From positions 1 to 15,784 of the forward strand of contig JBHGNT010000779.1 in NCBI GenBank assembly GCA_043228905.1: a stretch of DNA of 15,784 nt. Reading direction: 5' to 3'. Below the pieces are notes generated by a model, which was not told the DNA's origin, searched no databases, and was given only the letters and a program-made list of their open reading frames with translations. Positions 1 through 11,000 of this stretch are shown here, one piece after another (the stretch's first letter is position 1; each line of letters starts with the position of its first letter). A program made the translations under genes and the position numbers. This DNA is from Azolla caroliniana (taxonomy: Eukaryota > Plantae > Polypodiophyta).

Positions 1-54
1 AAAAGTGTTTTCTTTATTCGTGAATGAAACGCAACTGTGTTTAACCCAATTCAT

Positions 55-1795
55 ATATTAGGCCAATCTAGATTTGGGCCTTTCAACTTATCATGGTTTG
101 GTACAATCCGTACCATGTGATTCATCATCTCTCTTCCTACCAACAATCATAACTACGTGGGGCTGCGGGTTTCTCTTGCATGAAGCAGCCACAAATGCCT
201 TTCCCCACACAACGGGCAATGCCCCCAAACTTGGTAGAATCATACATAATAGTTGGTATGATGAGGAATCTCGTGATACAAGGAGACGCTTCCAGCACAA
301 AGATCATCTGTATTTAGCTAAATTTGAGGATCATCTATATGACTTGTTCCTAGGATGAGAACGTAAAAGAGCATGGAAACTGTTTAATGAGGCAACCTAC
401 CACACAACTGACCTCACCTAAGGTGTAGCATGGATATGCAAAGGTACTATATGATATCCTGGGGCAGCCTTCACTTCCCCACCCACATGGCTCACGCCCA
501 CATGAATCCACCATTTTTACATCACAAAATGTAAGAAATGCCATTGATTGGTTACAATTTGGAAAGGCCCAGGATCATGATGGATTGGTAGGTGAGTACT
601 TTATCTATACCCGTGACATCATGCTCCCATTGCTAGCACACATCTTTATGAGAGCTACATGTGAAGGTTTACCTACTAGATTGACAAAATATATCATTTT
701 GCCAATCCTCCAGAGTGGAGACCCTCATGACGCTGAGCAACTATAGGACAATTATGATTGGCCATTACTTGGTCAAACTATATGGATAAATCCTAGAGTC
801 AGAATTGAGTTCATGGGCAGAGCAAACTAGTTGTCGTTCAGCTAGACAGGAAGGCTTTTGGAAGTGGTTTACTCTCGAGCCCTTATCAAGGAGGGTTTAA
901 GGCTGCTTTGTGGATTTCTGGAAAGCCGTTGATACTGTGTCGGCCACTCGGTTTATGCAACAGCTACAAACACTGAATGCCCTTATAAATATGCAGTGGA
1001 GAATCTATGCAGTGTATAAATCCTTGTCAGGAAAAGTGCAGATCACCACTCTCTTCGGGTCTCTATATAGATTTTGTCTCTATGCACTGTATAAATCCTT
1101 GTCAAAGGATGGGTTCATCATCAGGTCACTTTATATGGTCATACATTTATCCTATGCACTCCGTGTGATAGGGCACTTCATCACATTAGTTAGAGATTGA
1201 GGCAGGTGGATATGCATGAATACCTCAAGAAGAAAGAATTTGCCATTTGTGTCATTAGGGTGTGGAATCTAATGAACGCTATGTATAGTTTTTATTTATG
1301 AAATAATAGGGAGATAACATTGCCTCTTTAAGCAAGGCTTTGGCCACTACAGAAGGTATTGGAATATGAGGACCAACAATGATTGGGGCTTATCTTGCTA
1401 GAACTCAAGAGGCAAAAGTTGTTGAAGGACAACAGTACAGCAACACAAGCTTATCAACAAAGAACAATCACAAGTTTCTTTAGCCCCATCACTCCTACTC
1501 ATGCTACAAGTCAATCAAGGGCTATATAAATGGGCTCCCAACCAAGGCGTAACAAAAGCGTTATAATAGATCGTGCAATAGGCCCCGGCCCCATGGACAA
1601 CAATCTTACCACTCATGTCATTGACGGATAAAGGTCATTATCTCCTGCCATTGCAAGTGCTTGCCTTGCTTCAGAGATCTCTCCATTTTGGATAAACCTA
1701 TGCTAGATATCTTGTGGAGATAAAAATTGTAATATATCTGTCTAGATTTGTTAGTTTCTTTTTATTTTATTTACTTTTTTTACCTAGCTACCATA
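55..1795 (+). mobile_element. Decayed non-LTR retrotransposon (LINE, RTE-like), internally deleted; ORF remnants plus 3' UTR
   Basis: Frame-broken translation shows the linker NSWYDEESR, RT N-terminus FTSQNVRNAIDWLQFGKAQDHDGLVGE..LLAHIF..IILPILQSGDP..NYRTIMIGH..KLYG, RQEGF, CFVDFWKAVDTV, then a jump to a C-terminal Cys motif ERICHLCH*GVES..HCLFKQGFG (about 1230-1420). No YADD-like core is seen. Boundaries are approximate. Confidence 0.85.
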
Positions 1796-2026
1796 CTTAT
1801 AAGTCTTGGAGAATAGGTTTGTATCGAAGATCATACAATCGTGTAATCATAAATATTTCTGTACAATTCCATTTGCTTCATACAGTATCATGTGATCAAA
1901 ATTTATGTTGCAATTAACATGAGAACTACCAGTGTAAACACTAAACCCTAATTGCAATCATTCATGTCATGTGTGTAGCCTAATTGAATTACTATCTTTT
2001 ATGTCTGTTTTATCTATGGTTCTCAG

Positions 2027-2074
2027 GCAACTGATGCAGATTTGTCAAAGGAACTTTACAAGAAAAAAAGTGCT
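2027..2074 (+). CDS. TARBP1: TRM3/TARBP1 exon a ([16 protein letters not shown])
   Basis: tctcag| acceptor, |gtaagt donor; 48 nt, phase 0-0. Confidence 0.85.
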
Positions 2075-5000
2075 GTAAGTGATTTCTTGTGAGAATAAGC
2101 ATATGTTCTGGAATTCTATGAATGCCATAGTTATTATAAGTAGGAGTCTTCTTAAATTGCAGATTCACAGGAGGAAAACTCGAGCATGGCAGATGGCTTG
2201 TATTCTTTCACGGTTTGTTGATGATGACATACTTGAAGAAGTCATGGATCTACTTCAGATTTGTTTGCTTGTGAGTGAAAAATCAAAAGAAACAGAAAAC
2301 AATGTGTAATTATTGACATTGATAGTTCATGGCCTACTACCCGATTATTGGTAACATCAATTGAAGATTTGCATATAGTCTTAGTTCAGTTTTTTAGCCG
2401 AGTGCTATTTGATATGTAAAGTTTCAGTAAATCTTCTCATCTACTTTATGTTTATTTGTACAGAGAAACAACTTACCCTCAGTCCGGCAGTATGCTGAGA
2501 TATTTGCTATTGAACTTTGTCTCCATTTCCCAAATTTGGTAAATTGTTTGGCGTTACTCTGTTAATCATTGCATGCACGTGTTTTCTACTTGGATACTTT
2601 TATTCAGACTAGTCTGAAGACTTACGTGAGCCAATAGAATTCTGTGGGTAATGTCTAGTATACTTTGTTCATGAGGGCGTCCCAAAGCACTCATGGTATC
2701 ATTTTGAATGTATAGGCCAAAACTGTGAAAACCCAAAAAGATACAGACCCATGTTGCTAAAAATATATTATTTAGGTGGTAAATGGAGATCCAGGAATGG
2801 AAAGGATCACATACTACTAATTATGACAAGGGCGCCTTCTTTCTATGTATAGACATTTGTTATCTCATTTATCTATCATTGCAGATAACCTGATGTAGTA
2901 TTCTTCTATTTTCTCATCTTACATAATCCCTAGGATTGTTTTTCTGACAATGGCTTGCATTGCCGATGATAAAACAGCTTTGTAATTGAGTGATCGTCAC
3001 GTAAGGGAAGTGAAATCAATCTTTTGTTACACAGAATATACTAGTATTACACAATCTTTTGTACACAGAATCTGCCAGGATTTCATTTGTTTTTGTAAGC
3101 AACACTTGTAACGCAACAGTTACAAACTACCAGAAGCCATTTCTCTCTTCTGCTGAAGAGTTGCTTCCATTTAGTGGTTTTGGGAATTCTAGTTCTGCCA
3201 TCTTTCCTCTGCTGTCTTCTCATTTGTTTCATTGCCTTTGGGACATTTGAAGTTGTTATGTTTGATTTGAGCGTCTGGTTTCTCAATGTGGCATGTCCAT
3301 ATGATCACAACAATAAATGTTTTTTTCCCTTGAATAAATGTTAGTAAAAGCTTTAGTCGCCAATAAAATTTCTTTGTCCTCTGCCAGTAAAAGATCAGCA
3401 TTAAATCTTTTGAGTGTATCAATGAAAAGATTATCTTTCAGTTCTGGCAATTGCTAACAAATAGGTTCTTCCATATTTCACTAACAGATCATGATGACTG
3501 CATACATTGTCGAGAATAATATTTGTGAAATCAGATCTTGATGTGTGTTTATCCTGTGGGAAACAAAAATAGATGAAACAAATTATGCATTTGAGGCAAA
3601 ACTAATGTTATCACTATGTGCCAAATTCTGGAGAATTTTTTGGATGGAAGGATGTCCTGAAACAAGTCATGTGCAAAGTGATTTCAGTGACAATTCTGTT
3701 AGGCTATACATCTCACAGGCAACCATCATAAGCTTGAGGAGTAAAGTCTTCAGTGCTATATATTGAATATAATAGTAGATTTTTATTGTTTCAGGTAAAA
3801 GAAAAAATAGTCCCAGCCCTTGCTGATTTCAATATGAAGACGCAGGTACAATTTTGTCTGAACTAGACAAGCTTACCTTTTTCTGATGTTTGTATGGTAC
3901 CAACAATCTAGTTTTTATCTCTGAATCATTTTTGCTGTTTTTTGGCTTCCTTTTATGGCTATAATAATGTATGAGTAAATTGCAACTGAAGAATGAAATA
4001 TTTTCCACTAAATAGTGGAATATTTCTGAGGGTAAAGCTTAAATGGTGATTAGGACAAATGCTGGACAGAAGACTTATGTGTAGAGGCTGATCAGTGACT
4101 GTTCAATGCCTCTGAACTACATTTTAAGATATGTCCTATAACTCTGGACCATTCATAACCCATGATTTGGTTAAAATAAAGATCACCGTGCAGATATGTA
4201 GGTTCAAAATTCCCCCCTTCTCATTGGATGAATTACAAACTCAATCCTACTTGACATGGTTGAGGCTGCATAGACCGTGCTATAACTGTATAATCTTGAT
4301 GTAAGAGCCCTTCTAGTGTTTAAAATGGGATTCCTACCAATACCCAATGTCTATCTTGGTAGCACTGATAAAGATTAGTTCAATGGAATCTATTTGCATT
4401 GCATGTATGATGCAAAATGGGAACCCTACCAATACCCAATGTCGATCTTGGTGACTCCTCATATGGGTGTATTACAACATCAAATATTGATTTATTGTCA
4501 TCCACTAGAGGTGTATGTATGAGCTAACTGAATATTGAGGATTGTAACCATTGGATATATTTTATAGTTTATTTTAGATTTAAAAGAGCAGAAACTTTAG
4601 TGATATTAAGGCCATGTTTGGTATCCTTTTTTATTTGTAAAATTTCAATGTTAGATTCATTAACGTTCTGTTTATTGATTTTTTTTGCAGACGTTGGCAT
4701 CGTATGTTTTCATTTCTGTGAATGTTTTGATACATGCAACTCCAGCATGCATTCAAACTTTACTTATTGATGAATTAGTGCCAGCAGTGATACCATACTA
4801 CACTACTCATCACCATCCATTGCGCAGCTTTTCTCAGGTTTGATTTGAATTGGTCAGTCAGACCAGTACCTTAACAATGCAGATTGCACATTGGAAATTA
4901 GTGTGATGGTTGTTTCTTTTGGATTGCACATTTTAAGATGCAATCTCTTGTTTGGCGTTATAAGCTATTTTGGCCTCTTAAAATACGTTAATATTTCATT

Positions 5001-8000
5001 CATTCTTTCTCTGTTTCAGATACTGATACATGAAGTCTTTCATAAGATTCTCAAAGTCCCCTCCATCAAAGATGTCAATTTAAACAACCATCCTCCATTA
5101 TCACTTGAAACAAAATGCTTACAATCAATAGTCGCGTTCTTGGATGAGAATAATGAATGCAGGAGGTGATTTTCCTATCATGTTTATTTCAATCATTGGG
5201 TTCTGTGAAAAATATATAAACATCCCAAATACAACAAAATGGCTTTTGAAAGTTGACATCTAACATGACATTAGAATGGACAGTATTATGTCATCCAAAG
5301 TAGTATTCCTAAAGCTTTGTCAATAACAATAACAAGAACTTAGTTAAGTCTGGATCCTACCAATTATCTCAATGATCACAATATTGACAAGTACCGCAAT
5401 GGTTTGAGAGCTCCAAAAAATGAGCTTGATTCCTAAATTAACCCACTTTGTTGAATAAGTTTATTCTCTAACTGCAAGAAGTTTGTTAAGGTGATTTTCG
5501 GAACTAGCATTTTAGAACTAAGAAGGATGTTCATCTGGAAGCCTCTAAGAATCTCCTATATGTTTTGGTATCACATGGTAGTGTGGCAGATCTGTGCGTG
5601 TGCACGTTGAATGTCTGGACTTCTGGACTAGGAGATGGATGGATGAAGATCTATGGAGTATGAAATAGGTGCTTGGAGCACGACAAAATGTATGCTCCAT
5701 AATGGATTTGACTTAGAATATTTTGGAGAACATATAAATAAGAAACTTAAGTAAACTAGAGAGAAAGTAGAAAAAACTGAACCCTTTACATCTCTAATAT
5801 AGGATTCCTCATGCCAAAGTGGTTTGAGAGCATGCTACCACTTGGTTCTTGTCATTTACTAGAAAATGTGATCTAAATCGTATGGAAGAGTCCTTTATTT
5901 CAACGACACTTTCATTACTACCATTTAATATTGAGAAGTCCACTAGAAGAGTTTATTGCCTACACTTATTCCTAAGATGGGTTGGATAGGACTGATGCAT
6001 GTAGAGGACAGGAATAGCTACTCACCTCTTTTTTAAGGGTGGTTTGATCATTTTTCTTTCAGGATAAGAACAGCAGTAAATAATTTTTTGACTGGTTTTG
6101 ACCCCAAAAAAGCTGTTACACCAAGGGGCATCTTCTCCTTGAGGTGTGGAGGTGAGGAGGACCCCTCGAAGGTACTCAGGGAATACACATGAAATTTTAT
6201 TATATCTATTTATATAGTTCACCTTTATTTGATGAATATACTATTTTACGAGATTGCAGCCTTTGGATGATATTCCATTTGAATGTGCTCCAATTGCTCT
6301 AATGGATAAAGTATCATACTTCTTAAAGGTAAGCTTCCTTTCTGTTTTCAAAGTTCAAATATGCTGATTATGATGTATGTATATTATTGCTGCTGCACTT
6401 GATCCAGGAAGCCCGAGATGACTTGCGTCAATCGATGGCTGCAGATGCGTTTACCTTACAAAGTGAATCAATATCTGACCCTAAACGAGAGAATGGTTCA
6501 TCTGTGTCAAGCACAGAAAATACAGAGGGATCAGCCAACTTTCAAAGGAAAATTGGATCTCTTAGATTCATGGATACTAGCCCAGAAGTTAGAGTTGGGG
6601 GGCCTCCTAATAAGGAGGCTAGCAGTGATATCTTCTCACCAGTTCTATCAGGTATTAATAAGCACAGGTATACTATTGTTCCAAAAATCAGTAGCAGGCA
6701 TAGAAATAATATTCCTTCATTTCAGTAGTTATGGAGACCGAACAAGACCTCCTCCATGCAAACATACATTCTAGAGCTAAAGACATAGTAAAGATGCGTG
6801 GTAATCGTCAAGAGCTAATAGTGGTTGCTACTTTATTGGGCCGCATACCTAACCTTGCTGGGCTTGCACGAACCTGTGAGGTACGTCATCCAGCAGTAAT
6901 GATTTTATCAATTCTGCTCACACTTGACATATAATGTTTCCATATCAATCTTTGAAATAAAATATTGCAGGTTTTCAAAGCTTCGAGCTTAATAGTTGCA
7001 GATGCAAGTGTTGTGCTAGATAGGCAGTTTCAACTGATAAGGTAAAGCACAGAGCAGCCAGCTTGATTTGACAAACTAAGTTAGGACACTTGTACATATC
7101 CACATTTAACAGTGGCATATGCAATCATCATCACACAAAGAAAAGTAGGTTTGTATGAGTTTCTGGAAGCAGAATCAACTGAATATGTTTATGTAACATG
7201 GGTTTGGGAGGGCTGCTAAGGGCAGGGTTGTATTGATCATCGACTGAGGTGAAGAATGTCGGTTGCCTTCCAAACTAGTATTTCTGAGGACGGCTAGGCT
7301 AGTACAGGCTATGGAAGGTGCCAGTCTAAGGGTTTCACAACTAGAGTAAGAAAGATATATTAACGTTTTTTAAGAGGGCCAAAATGGCCTGTAAGGCCAA
7401 ACAAGAGATTACATCTTAAGTGTTATCTCATGTCTGAGAACAAATGAAAATAAAATAAATGTTACTCAGTAGATATAAAAGTAAATAAGATAAAACAAAG
7501 ACAAGGGAATCTGGTTTTCGGCACATGTGAGACTCTCAAGTTAGATATATTATAACGTTTGTCTTCGAAAGATCTCCAGCGTAGGTAGATCCAGAATGGA
7601 GAGGTCTCCGAAGCGAGGGAAGCACCTGCAATGGCAGAAGATAATGGCATTTATCTGTCAATGAAAAGGGTGCTGAGGTCATGGTCCATAGGGCCAGGGC
7701 CTACATGCACCCATGGAATGAAAGAGACATATTCAAAGAGAAGAAAGAAATAAAGAAAGATATATGAACATCATTTAAGAGCCCAAAATGGCCTATACGA
7801 CGAAACAATAGATTACATCTTAAACATGTTGTCTCAACTTTGTGAACAATAAACCAAAATAAATGTAACTAAGTGAAAAGATAAATAGAAATAGAAGAAG
7901 ACTTGACTAAAGAATCTCTTCATCTACAGATGGAAGATTCTCAAGTCAATCAGATTCATTGTAACTTTTATCTTTGAAAAATCACTAGCATAGGTCAATC

Positions 8001-11000
8001 CAGAATGGAGAGGTGTCCCCAAAAGCTTCACCACTTTAGGGTTCTAAGTGTATTTTTAGACAGGGGGAAATAACCTCCTAAAGAGGGAAAAAATGCCCCT
8101 GTAGTCCTAACTGTGTTCACACACATCATTGTCCTAAGTGTGTTCACACAAATCATTGTCCTAAGTGTGTTCACACATTACTGTCCTAAATGTGTTCACA
8201 CACATCACTATCCTAAGTGCGTTCACATATCACTGTCCTAAGTGTGTTCGCACACATCACTACCAAAATATGTCAACAAATCCCCCTTGGGAGTGATGCG
8301 GTGAACAAGGAGCTGACACTCATGGTTAAACAAGTGCCAAGCTATGTGGATAGAGATGAATCCACAAATGGGATTAGGCCTAAAGCTTTGCGGAAAACTT
8401 CAAACTTCTCCCTAGGCAGAGCCTTTGTGAAGAGGTCTGCAATGTTCTCCTGCGTGGGCACATAAGTCAAACTGATCTCTCCAGCGGAGAACCTTTCCCT
8501 GATATAGTGATAATGCACCTCAATGTGCGTAGTGCGAGCATGGAACACAGGGTTCCTCGCAACTGCCATTGCGCTTTGACTGTCAATGAAGATGGTGGTG
8601 GCAGAAGACTGACCAACACTCAAATCAGCTAAAAGGCGTCTGAGCCACACACACTCAGCTGTAGCTGTGAAAGTTGCCCTATACTCAGCCTCACAACTAG
8701 AAGTGGCCATAGTAGGCTGCTTCTTGCTCAACCAAGATATGCATGAGCTACCAAGCATGAAGCATGCAACCAGCCCAATCAGAGTCAGAAAAAGCATGCA
8801 GGTCTGGCGGTAGTGATCCCCCCTTGGGATAAAACAACCCAAGTGACCGGGTACCACTCAAGTAGCGAAAGATGCGCTTAACTGCCTGCCAATGCTTAAC
8901 TCTTGGGCAATGCATAAACCTGCTCATCTGAGAGACAGCAAACTGAATGTCAGGTCGGGTGATAGAGAACAGCATCAAATGCATCTCCAGCATCATGAAG
9001 GCTCAAACGTAAACCTGTCTCCATGGGAGTGGCAATAGGTTTACAATCTTCAAGGCCAAAACGCTGCAATAATGTGTCAATGTATTTTGATTTGACACAA
9101 TGCTAATCCACCATCAACTTGCATAAATTGAATGCCCAAATAATGATGCAAATGCCCCAAATCTGACATCTCAAAAGAGGCATGCAAATCAGCCTTAAAG
9201 TCAGCAAGCAATATGCTTCTCATTGGGGCCAGTGAGCAACATATCATCGACATACACAACCATGATCAGAAACACATCAACACGCTTAACATATAAGGTG
9301 CTTTCAGTTGGACTATTCTCAAACCCAAATGCAATCAAATAGGCATGTATCTTTTCATACCAAGAACGTGGTGCTTGCTTCAACCCATATAATGCCTTTC
9401 GCAACCTACACACTTTGTGTTTATGCCCTTTTTGCACAAAACCACGGGGCTGGGATACATACACTTCCTCATGAAGATCACCATTTAAAAATGCTGTTTT
9501 AATGTCCAACTGATGTACATTCCAACCACGATGAGCTGCAATTGCACAGATGCTACGAACAGTAGTCATACGGCAGGTGGGAGCAAAGGTCTCATCAAAA
9601 TCAATGCCTTTTTCTTGGGCATAACCTTTTGCAACAAGCCTAGCCTTATACTTGTCAATTGTTCCATTAGGTTTACGCTTTAGCTTATATACCCACTTAG
9701 TGCCAATAGCCTTCTTGCTAGGAGGCAAGTCACATGAAGACCGTGTACCAGTCTTCATATTCTGATTGCATAGCAGCCATCCAAATTTCTAAATTTTGTG
9801 CTTCATCAAAAGAAACAGGCTCACTCTCATTGCAAAGACTAGAGGCAGCCATTGCATAACAATCTGATGCAAAAGAAGCACTATGATAACTTGAACGAGT
9901 ACGGTATGGCAAAGGAAAATCCAATTTACTGTCTTGCAAAGTCTGCAACAGCCATCTAGGCACAGTCTTTGCCTCCTCTATATCAGCCCTCTCATTAATA
10001 AGTGCATCATGTAAGTCTGCATCAGAAATAGAATGATCTGCATCAGAAATGGAATGATCTGCATCATTATGAGTAGCTTCCAAAGGCTGAGAAGGTGCCT
10101 CAAGTGGGTCAACACTTAATTGTCTACTTGTAAACAGAGGCAACAAAGTGTCATACACATCTTTGGACCTAACTGATGTCTCCTTCGTACATGAAAGAAG
10201 TGGCTGAATTGCATCCTACACAAAAACAACATCACGGCTAACCAAAATGCGTTTAGATTGTGGATGATACAGACGATAGCCTTTCAGAACTATATCCTAC
10301 AAAAATACATTTCACTGCTTTATCATCCAATTTTTTGTGTTGTTGTTTAGGCATTAATGCATATGCCAAACAACCAAAAACATGCAGATGAGCAACAGAT
10401 GGCTTTTGGCCATGCCAAGCTTCATATGGAGTGATAGAGTGCAGTGCTTTAGTGGGACACCTGTTAAGTACATATGCTGCACACATGACAGCCTCAAGCC
10501 AGAAACTATGTGGTAAGGCCTGACTTTTGACCATACACCTCGCCATTTCCATGAGTGACCTATTCTTTCTTTCAGCAACTCCATTTTGTTGAGGTGTATA
10601 CGGCACTGTACACTGATGTTTTATCCCACGTTCAGCCAGAAATGCATTAAACTCATAAGCTAGAAATTGTTTGAAGCACAAAAACACTTCGTACTTTGCC
10701 TTCAATGGATATACCCATGCATGCCTAGAAAAGTCATGAATGAAAGTCACAAAATAAAGATAGTTCCCAAGAGAATGTGTTTGCATAGGACCACTGACAT
10801 CACTATGAACAAGCTGCAATTTCTTCGTAGCTCGAACTAAACCATCTTTTGGAAAGGATGAACGCTGCATTTTGCCCAAAATGCAGCCTTCACAAACATG
10901 CTTCCGAGGTGCCTCAAGTTTGGGCGAGGACACCATTTCAGATTTTTGCAGGCGAAGCAAACTTGCAAAATTCAGATGACCAAAGCGTGCATGCCAAATC

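Noticed and set aside
2672-2840. Possible small TIR element (gagggcgtccc ... gggcgccttc)
   Set aside because: The inverted match is short and imperfect and no TSD is evident.
3059-3766. Short ORFs 3059..3250, 3083..3286, 3189..3422 and 3545..3766
   Set aside because: AT-rich intron sequence with no recognisable motifs; the gene model joins 2538 to 3795 in frame without them.
4607-4622. TAA-GGCCATGTTTGG, resembling a Tourist/PIF MITE terminus
   Set aside because: No matching opposite TIR or second TSD was found nearby.
8104-8261. CRISPR-like array of palindromic 25-27-bp repeats
   Set aside because: Units are contiguous with no unique spacers, lie inside eukaryotic LTRs, and there are no cas genes.
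7786-8278. Treating the 229-bp repeat as part of a longer LTR
   Set aside because: It lies left of one LTR but right of the other, so the order is not conserved. PBS, PPT and TG..CA termini define a 269-bp LTR, and the repeat is homologous to LINE 3' UTR.
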